DNA from: Mobula hypostoma
Taxonomy: Eukaryota
NCBI RefSeq assembly: GCF_963921235.1
Contig: NW_026948113.1
Span: 434,001-498,000, forward strand
Reading direction: 5' to 3'
DNA: 64,000 nucleotides
This document shows, piece after piece, positions 24,055 to 37,233 of this stretch; position 1 is the first letter of the stretch, and each line of letters begins with the position of its first letter. The translations under genes were made by a program, and so were the position numbers. The notes below the pieces were generated by a model. That model had not been told where the DNA came from. It made no database searches and saw only the letters and a program-made list of their open reading frames with translations.

Positions 24055-25006
24055 GCGTAAGAATACATTTAAAATTATTAATTGATTCCAACCTGATATA
24101 ATTTTTGTACAACAGATTCATGTCAGGTTATGTGATAACAATCGATCTTTTAAATTTTGAAAGGACCCTCAGATTCACACAAACTCTCAAAGTAAGATTA
24201 GGGGTGTTTCCATTTTTCTTGTTTCCAGTATTCCCTTTAATCAGGAGGATATTATACCTGATATTAATGGTAGATTTTTGATTGTTAAAGAAAGCATTTA
24301 CAATAAGAAAATGGTTTTGGTTAATATATGGACCAAATACTGTTGATCCTTCATTTTTAAAAAATATTTTTGCTCTATTACCTGATTTAAATGAATATAT
24401 GTTATTAATGGGTGGAGATTTTAATATTTGCTTAAATCCCTTGTTAGATAAATCATCATCTATAGACATCAACTCCCTAATCGTTCTGCATCATTATTAA
24501 TTTCTTTTTAATTGATTATGGTTTAATCGAAGTCTGGAGATATATGCATCCTTAGAGAATATTCCTTTTTTTCACAAGTTCATAATAAATATTTGTGGAT
24601 CGACTGTTTTATAGCCAACCCTCGACTTTTACTTAATGTTCAGAAGTGTGAATACGATGCAATTGTTATTTCTGATCATACTCCTTTAAATTTAATATTT
24701 GATTTGTAAGATGTTGTTTCTACAAGACCATCTTGGCGTTTTCCAGAATATTTGTTACAAAGTTCAGATTTTGTTGAGTTTATTGAAACTCAAACAAAAG
24801 CGTTTTTTTCTGTTTAATAATACAGGAAATGTCTCAAAGTTAGTAATCTGGGATACGTTAAAAGCTTATTTATGTGATCAGATTATTTCTTATCTAGCTA
24901 AGTTGAAGAAACAGACAAAATAGAATTAGGCAAAACTGCTAAACAAATTAAAGAATTAGATAATCTCAATGCAATTTTTCCAAACGTTCAATTATTTAAA
25001 AGAAGA

Positions 25007-26680
25007 GTGGAACTACAATCACAATATACTTTATTATTAACTCATCCTAATGAAGGATATTTGCTTAAATTTAAAAGTCAGTTTTATATTTTTGGGGATA
25101 AAAATAATAGGCTATTAGTTTCCCAATTATGGGCTGCTAAAGCTAAAAGACAAATTTTAAAGGTTCGTAAAGATACTGGAGATATAGTAAGTAATTATGA
25201 TATTAATAATATCTTTCAGGATTTTTATTCTGATCTTTATAAATCTCAGTTTCCAGCAGATCCCTCTAAAATGAAAGCTTTTTTATATAAGATTAAATTT
25301 CCTCAAATTACTGCTGAAGATCAACAGACCCTTCATGCTCCAATTGATGAGCATGAAATTCAGAAAGCTATATGGTCAATGCAATCAGGTAAAGCTCCTG
25401 GACTCAATGGTTATTCGGTAGGATTTTACAAAAAATTTGAAAAATTACATTCTCCATACCTTTTGGAAATATTTCATGAATCTTTTGAGAAAGGTAATTT
25501 ACCCTCTTCTTTTTATGAAGTTTCTGTTTCTTTAATCCTTAAGAAAGATAAAGATCCTACTGAATGCTCATCTTATAGAGCTATTTCGCTATTAAATGTG
25601 GATGCTAAAATTCTTTCCAAGATAATGGCTAAATGTTTGGAAAACATTTTATCTAAAATTATCTCTATGGATCAAACTGGCTTTATTAGAGGCTGTTACT
25701 CTTATTCTAATGTTCAGAGATTGATGAATATTATATATTCACCATTATCCAAAACACCCCAATGTGTTATTTCTCTGAATGCAGAAAAGGCATTTGATAG
25801 AGTTGAATGGACTTATTTGTTTAATGTATTAGAGAGATTTGGCTTTGGTAATAATTTTAATAAGTCGATTCAAATGATCTATAAGAACCCTATCGCTACC
25901 ATCATTACTAATAATCTTAGGTCTCCCTTTTTATTGCTTTCACGAGGTACTCGACAAGGGTGTCCATTAAGTCCTTTATTATTTAATCTCGCATTGGAGC
26001 CTTTGGCTATAATAATTTGCGAAGCTAACAATATTCATGGTATTTCTATAAATGGGACCGTACATAAGATTTCTCTCTATGCAGATGATCTTTTGGTTTA
26101 TATCTCGAATCCTGAAGAATCTATTCCTAATCTTTTGGAATTATTAAATGATTTTGGAAAATTTTCAGGATATAAACTTAATTTAAATAAAAGTGAATTG
26201 TACCCTTTAACTGTTCCTGTTTTTATAAATAAGGATATTCCATTTCGAGTTGTGAATTCTTTTGAATATTTGGGTATTATCATTACAAGAAATTATAAAG
26301 ATCTTTATAAAGCTAATGTAGTTCCTTTATTGGACTCTATAAAACAATTATTTTCTAGATGGAATCCTCTTAGACTTTCCTCAATAGGTCGTATTCATGC
26401 CATGAAAATGATTATTTTACCTAGATTTTTATATATTTTTCAAAATACACCTATCTTCCTAACCAAAAAATTTTTTGATCAGATTGATTCTACTATTTTG
26501 TCCTTTATTTGGAATAATAAAAACCAAGAGTTAATAAGTTTCATTTACAAAAAATCTAAAAAAGAAGGTGGAGTCGCGCTACCGAATTTATGTTTGTATT
26601 ATAGGACTGTTAATATTCGACAATTATATTTTTGGTTATATTGGCTCGATAAGAACCAAAAACCAGTTGGATTGATTTAG
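25007..26680 (+). CDS. L1 ORF2 reverse transcriptase segment (open 557 codons)
   Basis: RT motifs 'SYRAISLLNVDAKIL', 'AEKAFDRVEW', 'TRQGCPLSP', 'YADD'. Confidence 0.9.
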   Translation: MELQSQYTLLLTHPNEGYLLKFKSQFYIFGDKNNRLLVSQLWAAKAKRQILKVRKDTGDIVSNYDINNIFQDFYSDLYKSQFPADPSKMKAFLYKIKFPQITAEDQQTLHAPIDEHEIQKAIWSMQSGKAPGLNGYSVGFYKKFEKLHSPYLLEIFHESFEKGNLPSSFYEVSVSLILKKDKDPTECSSYRAISLLNVDAKILSKIMAKCLENILSKIISMDQTGFIRGCYSYSNVQRLMNIIYSPLSKTPQCVISLNAEKAFDRVEWTYLFNVLERFGFGNNFNKSIQMIYKNPIATIITNNLRSPFLLLSRGTRQGCPLSPLLFNLALEPLAIIICEANNIHGISINGTVHKISLYADDLLVYISNPEESIPNLLELLNDFGKFSGYKLNLNKSELYPLTVPVFINKDIPFRVVNSFEYLGIIITRNYKDLYKANVVPLLDSIKQLFSRWNPLRLSSIGRIHAMKMIILPRFLYIFQNTPIFLTKKFFDQIDSTILSFIWNNKNQELISFIYKKSKKEGGVALPNLCLYYRTVNIRQLYFWLYWLDKNQKPVGLI

Positions 26681-26685
26681 AATTT

Positions 26686-29150
26686 AGAAACATAGAAACA
26701 TAGAAAATAGGTGCAGGAGTAGGCCATTCGGCCCTTCGAGCCTGCACCGCCATTTATTATGATCATGGCTGATCATCCAACTCAGAACCCCGCCCCAGCC
26801 TTCCCTCCATACCCCCTGACCCCTGTAGCCACAAGGGCCATATCTAACTCCCTCTTAAACATAGCCAATGAACTGGCCTCAACAGTTTGCTGTGGCAGAG
26901 AATTCCACAGATTCACCACTCTCTGTGTGAAGAAGTTTTTCCTAATCTCGGTCCTAAAAGGCTTCCCCTCTATCCTCAAACTGTGACCCCTCATTCTGGA
27001 CTTCCCCAACGTCGGGAACAATCTTCCTGCATCTAGCCTGTCCAATCCCTTTAGGATCTTATACGTTTCAATCAGATCCCCCCTCAATCTTCTAAATTCC
27101 AACGAGTACAAGCCCAGTTCATCCAGTCTTTCTTCCTATGAAAGTCCTGCCATCCCAGGAATCAATCTGGTGAACCTTCTTTGTACTCCCTCTATGGCAA
27201 AGATGTCTTTCCTCAGACTAGGGGACCAAAACTGCACACAATACTCCAGGTGTGGTCTCACCAAGGCCTTGTACAACTGCAGTAGTACCTCCCTGCTCCT
27301 GTACTCGAATCCTCTCGCTATAAATGCCAGCATACCATTCGCCTTTTTCACCGCCTGCTGTACCTGCATGCCCACTTTCAATGACTGGTGTATAATGACA
27401 CCCAGGTCTCGTTGCACCTCCCCTTTTCCTAATCAGCCACCATTCAGATAATAATCTGTTTTCCTATTTTTGCCACCAAAGTGGATAACTTCACATTTAT
27501 CCACATTAAATTGCATCTGCCATGAATTTTCCCACTCACCCAACCTATCCAAGTCACCCTGCATCCTCTTAGCATCCTCCTCACTGCTAACACTGCCACC
27601 CAGCTTCGTGTCATCCGCAAACTTGGAGATGCTGCATTTAATTCCCTCATCCAAGTCATTAATATATATTGTAAACAACTGGGGTCCCAGCACTGAGCCT
27701 TGCGGTACCCCACTAGTCACCGCCTGCCATTCTGAAAAGGTCCCGTTTATTCCCACTCTTTGCTTCCTGTCTGCTAACCAATTCTCCACCCACACCAATA
27801 CCTTACCCCCAATACCGTGTGCTTTAAGTTTGCACACTAATCTCCTGTGTGGGACCTTGTCAAAAGCCTTTTGAAAATCTAAATATACCACATCCACTGG
27901 TTCTCCCCTATCCACTCTACTAGTTACATCCTCAAAAAATTCTATGAGATTCGTCAGACATGATTTTCCTTTCACAAATCCATGCTGACTTTGTCCGATC
28001 ATTTCACTGCTTTCCAAATGTGCTGTTATCACATCCTTGATAACTGACTCCAGCAGTTTCTCCACCACCGACGTTCGGCTAACCGGTCTATAATTCCCCG
28101 GTTTCTCTCTCCCTCCTTTTTTAAAAAGTGGAGTTACATTAGCCACCCTCCAATCCTCAGGAACTAGTCCAGAATCTAACGAGTTTTGAAAAATTATCAC
28201 TAATGCATCCACTATTTCTTGGGCTACTTCCTTAAGCACTCTAGGATGCAGACCATCTGGCCCTGGGGATTTATCTGCCTTCAATCCCTTCAATTTACCT
28301 AACACCACTTCCCTACTAACATGTATTTCGCTCAGTTCCTCCATCTCACTGGACCCTCTGTCCCCTACTACTTCTGGAAGATTATTTATGTCCTCCTTAG
28401 TGAAGACAGAACCAAAGTAATTATTCAATTGGTCTGCCATGTCCTTGCTCCCCATAATCAATTCACCTGTTTCTGTCTGCAGGGGACCTACATTTGTCTT
28501 TACCAGTCTTTTCCTTTTTACATATCTATAAAAGCTTTTACAGTCCATTTTCATGTTCTCTGCCAGTTTTCTCTCATAATCTTTTTTCCCCTTCCTAATT
28601 AAGCCCTTTGTCCTCCTCTGCTGAACTCTGAATTTCTCCCAGTCCTCAGGTGAGCCACTTTCTCTGGCTAATTTGTATGCTACTTCTTTGGAATTGATAC
28701 TATCCCTAATTTCTCTTGTCAGCCACGGGTGCACTACCTTCCTTGATTTATTCTTTTGCCAAACTGGGATGAACAATTGTTGTAGTTCATCCATGCAACC
28801 TTTAAATGCTTGCCATTGCATATCCACCGTCAATCCTTTAAGTGTCATTTGCCAGTCTATCTTAGCTAATTCACGTCTCATACCTTCAAAGTTACCCCTC
28901 TTTAAGTTCAGAACCTTTGTTTCTGAATTAACTATGTCACTCTCCATATTAATGAAGAATTCCACCATATTATGGTCACTCTTACCCAAGGGGCCTCTCA
29001 CGACAAGATCGCTAATTAACCCTTCCTCATTGCTCAAAACCCAGTCCAGAATAGCCTGCTCTCTAGTTGGTTCCTCGACATGTTGGTTCAAAAAACCGTC
29101 CCGCATACATTCCAAGAAATCCTCTTCCTCAGCACCTTCACCAATTTGGT
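26686..29150 (-). mobile_element. Young 5'-truncated CR1 LINE inserted in L1 ORF2
   Basis: 577-codon open ORF2 segment with 'KSPGPDGLHPR', 'SGVPQGSVLGP', 'FADD', and an (AGAAACAT)n tail. L1 'DLEF|KAINQF' rejoins across it. Confidence 0.93.
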
Positions 29151-32100
29151 TAAAGCTATTAATCAATTTTATTTAACTTCAGTATTAGGAGCTCTATTAA
29201 GTTTACAACTTGCTAAAATTTCTAATTTAAATTTCAACCCTGTTATTAAACAGTCCTTATGGATTTGGCTTCAGTTTCGCAACTCTTTTAATTCCAAACA
29301 ATTTAAATTGTCTAGTCCTGTATTTCGAAATTTGCTATTTAAACCTTCAATTACTGAACCTATCTTTCTTTTATGGAGAAATAAGGGGATTCGTTCTTTT
29401 GCAGATTTATTTACTGAGGGTCGACTGATGTCTTTTGAAGAGTTAATTAGCAAATATTCTCTCTCTCACACACATTTCTTGCAATATATACAGGTTAGAC
29501 AATTTTCACAAAATATGTTTCTATGTTTCCATATATGCAAGAATCTGATTTGTTGGACACTATTTTGAATATGAATCCCTTAATGAGAGGTTCCATTAGT
29601 AGAATTTATCATTTATTTTTACTACAAAAAGATAACCTCTCACTAAAGATTAAACAAGATTGGGAGAGAGAACTTAACGTGACTTTTGTTAATGAAGACT
29701 GGTCGCGAGTTTTGAAAATGGTTAATTCTTCTTCGATATGTGCCAATCACTCTTTAATTCAGTTTAAAGTTGTTCATCGCTATTAGTTAACAAAGGAAAG
29801 ACTATGCAAAATATTCCCTAATATAGATAATTACCGTGATAGGTGCAAAAATGAAGTATCTACTTTGTCACATATGTTCTTGTCGTGTCCCTCGTTGAAA
29901 TCTTTTTGGAAATCTTTATTTTCTACAATTTCTAAATCTTTGAAAATTAATTTACAACCTAATACATTTACTGTTCTATTTGGAATAGTTCAGCATCATA
30001 TTCAGGGTATTTCATTTTCAAACCAACATGTAATTGCATTCGTTACATTGTTGGCAAGAAGAGCTATTTTATTGAAGTAGAAAGATACCTCTGCTCCTAC
30101 ACTAACTCAATGGTTTTCCCAAGTAATGTTATGTCTTAGTTTGGAAAAAATTAGAAGTAGAACTTTTGATCCCCGATTTGATTTTGAGAGAAGGTGGGGC
30201 TCTTTTGCTAAATATTATCATTTAATTTGAATCAATTTACATGGTTTCCTTCCAATTTTATGTTATATAAATGTGATTTGGCGCTTGTTGTTTTCCTTTT
30301 CTTCTTTTATTTATATATGATTGTAAGATGTATCTCTCCGGGAGTTGGTTCCTAATGGGTTTTTTTTTCTCTTTTTTTTATAGTTAGTGGGTGTTTTTTA
30401 GTTAGCTGTGTTTCCCTTTTTTCCTTCTTTTTCTTTTATAATTTTATTTTTCATTAGCATATATATGTTCTTTTTTCTTCAGCATTATTAATTATATATA
30501 TATTAATTTGTTGAATATCTGTGTTTCATAGCTGTAAAAGATTATATATTAATAAAAAGATTTAGAAATGAAATGGCATTTTTGCAAGAGACAGGGTGAA
30601 AAGAGGAATAGTCCAGGTAGCTGTGAGAGTCCGTAGGCTTATAGTAGACATCAGTAGATAAGCTGTCTCCAGAGATAGGGACAGAAAGATCCAGAAAGTG
30701 GAGGGAGGTGTTGGAAATGGATAAGCTGTCTCCAGAGATAGAGACAGAAAGATCCAGAAAGGGGATATTAAATATTAAATGTTTGATGAAAAAAAGGTAT
30801 GTGATAGGAATAGACATCTGAATACAAGTGAGTTCCTTGAGAAATATCAAGATTGTAGGAGGAAACTTAATAAAGAAATTGGGAGGACAAAAGAGGCTCT
30901 GGGCAGGAAAGATTAAGGAGAATCTCATGACAATATATTAGAAGCAAACATGAAACAAGGTAACGAATATTCCTTTAAAGGCCAAAGAGATATCCTATGT
31001 GTGCAGCCAGGGGATGTTCCTAGGGTTGAAAATGCATGCTTCCTTGTCTGTATACACTAAATTCATCATGTCCCCATGGCCAATTTTTACAGGACCATAG
31101 AAAGCATCCTAATTCTTCCCTAACCTTTCCTGCCCAGAGCCGCTTTTGTCTTCCTAATTTCTTTATTAAGTTGGTTTGGTAATTGCTCTGCCCAAGACTA
31201 CAAGAAATTGCAGCGAGTTGTAAATAGGCCAATCCATCACTAAAATCAGTCTCACTGCCTCAGGAAAGAAGCCAACAAATGTTTAAATATCCCTCCCAAA
31301 CTGGCCATTCTCTCATCTCCATTCTCCTATTAGACAGATTAAAACCCACTGTTATGGGAATCTAAAACAGCTGAAGGTGATCTCTAGATCCTTCAGTCTA
31401 CCTTGCCACAACCATGCACTTTATTTGTCGACCTGCAGTGCACTTTGTTTGTAACTGTAACCCACTTACTTCACAACTGTAACATTGCTCTATATTCTGC
31501 ACTCTTCTCCTTTGTAGTAACATGTACAATCTTCAATGACGTGACCTGTCTGGATGGCACACAAGCAAATGTCTTTCAATACATCTCAGTACATATGATA
31601 ATAAACCAATTACTAATTACCATTTACCAATTACCAAGGAGAAAGATGTAGAAGATAGTGAGCTCAGGATGTGGTATATTGATATTCTGGAACGTGTCAG
31701 TGTTCAGGAGGAAGTGTTAGATCTCTTGAAATGCTTAAGGGTGCATACATCCCACAGGCAGATGAGGTCTATCCTCAGATGCTAGAGGAAGCAAAGGAAG
31801 AGTTAGTTAGGGCCAAAGTGGAGAATTTTTCATTTTTGTTAGCCACGGGTGAAGCAGCAGAGGGCTGGAGTATAAGTAATGTTATTTTATCCAAGTAAAG
31901 CACCAGGAATGTGCAAAGTAAGTAGAGGCTGATGGCCGTTATCTCAGTTGTAGGGAAATCATTGAAAAAAAAATCCAAGAAATAGGATTTATTTACAATT
32001 AGAGAGGCAAGGATTGATTTGGGAGCTGGTGGAACAATAGCAACCTCTCACTCAACATCAGTAAAACCAAAGAGCTTATTATTAACTACAGGACAAAAAA

Positions 32101-32254
32101 GCATGAGGTTCACAAGTCGGTCCTTATTAGATGACCAGAGGTGAAGAGGGTCGGTAGCTTTAAAGTCAACTGAAAGTGGTAGATACAGACCAGCCCATTA
32201 CAGTACATTTACATGGAGAGCTGTTACAATGAAGCATATCTATCTTCAAATACG

Positions 32255-33975
32255 CCTACCATCCAATCGTCTCGTGACTACTATTTGGCACGATGTACAG
32301 ATACCTTTTTGTTATACTTTATACTTTATTGTCGCCAAACAATTGGTATTAGAACATACAATCATAACAGCAATATTTCATTCTGCACTTCCCACTCCCT
32401 GGATTACAAATATTAAATATTAAAAATAGTAAAAATTAGTAAATATTAAAAATTTAAATTACAAATCATAAATAGAAAATGGAAAAATGGAAAGTAAGGT
32501 AGTGCAAAAAAACCGAGAGGCAGGTCCATATATTTGGAGGGTATGGCCCAGATCCGGGTCAGGATCCGTTCAGCAGTCTTATCACAGTTGGAAAGAAGCT
32601 GTTCCCAAATCTGACTGTACGAGTCTTCAAGCTCCTGAGCCTTCTCCCAGAGGGAAGAGGGACGAAAAGTGTGTTGGCTGGCTGGGTCATGTCCTTGATT
32701 ATCCTGGCAGCACTGCTCCGACAGCATGTGGTTGAAAGTGAGTCCACGAACGGAAGATTGATTTGTGTGATGTGCTGCGTCATGTTCACAATCTTCTGCA
32801 GCTTCTTTTGGTTTTGGACAGGACAACTTCCATACCAGGTTGTGATGCACCCGAGAAGAATGCTTTCTACGGTGCATCTATAAAAATTAGTGAGGGTTTT
32901 AGGGGACATGCCAAATTTCTTTAGTTTTCTGAGGAAGTAAAGGCACTGTTGGGCCTTCTTGGCAGTGAACTCTGCTTGGTTGGACCAAGTCAGGTCATTT
33001 GTGATATTGACCCCGAGGAACTTAAAGCTTTTGACCTGTTTCACTTGCGCACCACTGATGTAAATTGGGTTGTGCGGTCCGCTACTCCTTCTGAAGTCAA
33101 CAACCAATTCCTTTGTCTTGCTGACATTGAGGAGTAGGTTATTGTCTTTGCACCATGCCACCAGGTTCTTAATTTCCTCTCTGTACTCAAACTCATTATT
33201 ACCCGAGATGCAGCCTACAATTGTTGTGTCATCAGCAAACTTACATATTGAGTTTGATGGAAACTTTGCTACACAATCATGGGTGTACAGTGAGTACAGC
33301 AGGGGGCTGAGTACACAGCCTTGTGGGGCACCGGTGCTCAGAGTGATTGTAGAGGAGAGCTTGTCCCCTATTTTTACAGCCTGGGTCCTGTCTGTGAGGA
33401 AGTTGAAGATCCAGCTGCAGATCTGAGTGCTAAGGCCCAGGTTCTGGAGCTTAGGAATCAGTTTATTTGGAATGATGGTATTAAAGGCAGAGCTGTAGTC
33501 AATGAAAAGGAGCCTTACGTATGCGTCTTTATTCTCCAGGTGTTCTAAGGAGGAATGTAGGGCCAGAGAGATTGTATCTGCCATTGACCTGTTGCTTCGG
33601 TCAGCAAATTGCAAAGCGTCGAGGTTTACGTGTAGGCGGTGGTTGATGTATGCCATAACCAATCTCTCAAAGCACTTCCTAGCAAATGATGTCAGAGCCA
33701 CAGGTCGATGGTCATTCAGGCAATCCACCTTGCTCTTCTTCAGCACTGGGATTATCGTTGCCTTCGCAAAACACGAGGGGATCTTAGACTGAAGTAAGGA
33801 ATCAGCAAATGTTCCAGCTAACTCGCTTGCACAAGCCCGGAGAACCCGTCCTCGGACGCCATCTGGGCCCGTCGTCTTCCTTGGATTTATCTTCAGGAAG
33901 GCCCTTCTAACATCCTCCTCAGTGACGATGAATCTCGATGCCACCAGGTCCGGTTCATCCGGAGGGAGCAAGACT
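32255..33975 (-). mobile_element. Rex1/Babar-type LINE, 5'-truncated, with an open 470-codon RT
   Basis: 'LFIDYSSAFNTI', 'STGAPQGCVLSPLLYSLYTHDC', 'FADD', 'NSFFPTVIRLLN'. Confidence 0.88.
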
Positions 33976-36130
33976 TCACATTACCAGGTCAGAAACAGTT
34001 ATTGTCCTACAACCATCAGCTCCTCTAAACTGGCATGATAACTTCATTCACCACGACTCTGAACTAATTCCATAAGCTCCAGACTCACTTTCAAGGACTC
34101 TTTACAACTCATATTTATATTTATAGTTTGTCTTCTTTTCCACAGTGGTTGATTGTCAGATTTTGTTTATTTATTTTTTTAATTGTATTTCTTTGTTCCC
34201 TTTACATGCCTGCAAGAAAAGGAATCTGGAGGCAGTATATAGTAACATCATATGTAGTTTATATAGTTTAGATAATAAATTTACATTGAAGTGTATATCC
34301 TTCACTCTCGTATACCTCAGATGCCTCACTCTCCGGTAGATCTCAGTCTCCTGTCATCCTTGCCCTCAATGTTCACCCACACTCCTCACTGTTACCCTCA
34401 TTCCTGCACCATCATACTTTGCCTCCTTCACTCCGCACCACTCACCCTCAGTCCTGAACATGTCACCCTCACTCCTGTACCACTCAGTTTCCACTACTGC
34501 TCTCACTCATGAAATGAACCTCACTCCCTACCTCCCACACTTCACTCCTGCTTTGCCTCCAGCCACTGTGCTGCCCAATGTCAACCAGTCACTCTGTGTG
34601 CAACCATCAGAAAACACTCTCATTCAGCAAAGTGATGCAGAAGAGAGAGTCACTGCCTCACAGCATCAGAGACTAACTTTGAAATGACTTCTGGTGCTGT
34701 CTGTGAGGAGTTTGCAAATTCCTTTTTTGACTCCCACAAGTGCTTCACTTTTCTCTCCTCATTCCAAAGGCAAAACAGATTAGGAGGTAAATTGGCTGCT
34801 GTAAATTGTCTCTAATCTGTGGGAATTGGGGGAAATTATTGAAATGTGTGACAAGCAAATGGGATCCCTGTAGAATTTGAGCAAATGGGTGCTTGATAGC
34901 CATCACAAACTTGGTGGGTCAAAGGGTCTAGTTCTGTGCCGTATAAGTCTACGTCCGTGTGCCAGAAAACAACAGGGAGTTAACAGTGTAATTGTGCAAA
35001 AAGAACCAACTGATACAACTAAGCTGAATGCCTGTTTGAAAAGCAAAACATAAAAAAGTTACACAGCATAGAAACGGGCTATCCAGCCCAGTGTCCACAC
35101 TGTCTAGAAAGCAACAAGTTTTACTAGTCCTATATTTTTATTTCATTCTCCCCATGTTATCACAGTCTTCTGCTCAGATTCTGCCCATCACCCAGACACT
35201 AGCGGCAATTTACAGTTGACAATTAATGCACCTACCTGTGCATCATTGGGATGAGGGAGGAAACCAAACCACCCAGGAAGAATTCCAAGGGGTTAAGGGA
35301 GAACGAGCAAATCTGAATTATCTGGATCAGGTGCCTTGTGTAACTCAACTTCCTCTCCTCATTGTGCTTTGGTTGCAAACTCTGTGACCACATTGGTTTC
35401 CGCCAGATCTTCCTGTTTCCTTCCCTGTCTATGAAATTTCCCTTGTGTTCCTTGTTAGCAAACAGTTGTAAGTTCCTCCTAGTGTGTGAGTGAGTATGAA
35501 ATCTGGGGAGAGGGTGAGGAGTCCATGAAAATGTGGAGAGAGTGAAATGTAGGAGGTGGGTTAGCACAGACTCAGCAGGCTGAAGGACCAGTCTCTCTAT
35601 GGCTAAGTGCTGTTACAAATAGAAACATGAAGAGATAGATTGGGGAAGACAGAACAGAGCTGAGAAATCAATGCCAAAGACTTTGAACATGCACAGATGG
35701 ATCAGAATGCTTTTTGCCCTTTGATTGCAGGGAGATGATTGGTCTGGCTACATAGATTTGGGACTAATTCCATTGAAGGACATTTTCACCTGGTCTAATT
35801 CAAATTGATAATTGCAGGGAAGTACTATACTTCCTGAGTGATGGACTCCACCATTGGAGCAATGACACTGATTCACATTCAGAAGTGAATTATCTGAAAG
35901 ACCATTGCTGAGAGAGTGATGCAGTGTCAAAGGTGCAGTGCGAGGGGAGCACTGTGGCATTGGTGAGCTGCATTGTTGCGCAGAGGAAGCAGTGCATGGT
36001 CAAATACTTGGTAGTGGGGCAATGTTGTAGCATTGCATGTCTGCACCCTTGGGGGGGGGGGAGGATGCTGTGCTGAGAATGGGGTGCATTGTCAGAGATG
36101 GTATTAAGTGAATGCTGCATGATCAGAGAG

Positions 36131-37233
36131 TTTCCCTTCTGCTGTCATCAATGATGCCCTCACCCGCATCTCCTTCATTTCCCTCACTTCAGCTCTCACC
36201 CCATCCTCCCGCCACCACGACAGGGACAGAGTTCCCCTTGTCCTCACCTACCACCCCACCAGCCTCCGGATCCAACACATTATCCTCCGCAACTTCCGCC
36301 ACCTTCAACAGGACCCCACAACTAAGCACATCTTTCCCTCTCCACCCCTCTCCACTTGCCGCAGGGATCGGCCCCTCTGTGACTCCCTGATCCACACGTC
36401 CCTCCCCACGGACCTCCCACCTGGCACTTATCCCTGTAAGCGCAAGTGCTACACCTGTCCCTACACCTCCTCTCTCGCCACCATTCAGGGCCCCAAACAA
36501 TCCTTCCAGGTGAGGCAACACTTCACTTGTGAGTCTGTCGGGGTCATCTATTGCATCCGGTGGTCCCGGTGTGGCCTCCTCTACATCGGTGAAACCCGAC
36601 GCAGATTGGGGGACCACTTCGTCGAGCACCTCCGCTCCGTCCGCCAAGACAGACAGGATCTCCCGGTAGCCACCCACTTCAACTCTGCTTCCCATTCCCA
36701 TTCAGATATGTCCATACATGGCCTCCTCTACTGCCATGATGAGGCTAAACTCAGGTTGGAGGAGCAACACCTCATATACCGTCTAGGTAGTCTCCAGCCC
36801 CTTGGTATGAACATAGAATTCTCCAACTTCCGGTAATTCCCTCCCCCTCCCTTCCCCTAACCCTATGTCACTCTGCCCCCTCCCCCAGCTGCCTACCACC
36901 TCCCTCATCTTTCTGCCTCTTTCTACTACCCATTGTGTTTTCCCCTATTCTTTCTTCACCTTTCCTGCCTATCACCTCCCTGCCTCCCCTCCCCCACCCC
37001 TTCTCTTTCCCCTTACTGGTTTTTCACCTGGAACCTACCAGCCTTCTCCTTCCCACCCTCCCCCCACCTTCTTTATAGGGCCTCTGCCCCTTCCCTCTAC
37101 AGTTCTGACGAAGGGTTCCAGCCCGAAACGTTGACCGATCTTTTCCATGGATGCTGCTCAACCTGCTGAGTTCCTCCAGTGTGTTGTGAGTGTTGCTTTG
37201 ACCCCAGCATCTGCAGATTATTTTGTGTTTATT
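36131..37233 (+). mobile_element. PLE 3' portion with GIY-YIG ORF (36510-36836) and hammerhead-like motif
   Basis: 'VIYCIR...LLYIGETRRRLGDHF'. CTGACGA...GAAAC at about 37105-37130. Possible 9-bp TSD ATCAGAGAG at 36122-36130 and 37234-37242. Confidence 0.85.

Larger units (their letters stand above)
21092..30572 (+). mobile_element. Full-length L1/Tx1-clade LINE (ORF1, ORF2, 3' UTR) with 12-bp TSD and two nested insertions
   Basis: TSD ATGGCATTTTTG at 21080-21091 and 30573-30584. ORF1 'EARSRRYNIGIIGLKES', EN 'SWNVRG.NHP', RT 'GTRQGCPLSPLLF...YADD', C-terminal 'CPSLKSFW'. AATAAA near the 3' end. Confidence 0.92.
19925..30759 (-). mobile_element. PLE split by an L1 insertion; 13-bp TSD
   Basis: GIY-YIG remnant within ORF 19778..20920. 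PLE sequence resumes at 30573. TSD AGGGGATATTAAA at 19912-19924 and 30760-30772. Confidence 0.85.

Noticed and set aside
34300-34580. CAC-rich periodic sequence (similar tracts at about 9200-9400 and 35880-36110)
   Set aside because: Degenerate simple repeat with no consistent unit or coding signal.
35232-35567. 111-aa ORF as a second class I alpha1 exon
   Set aside because: No class I motifs, and its 3' part is SINE sequence.
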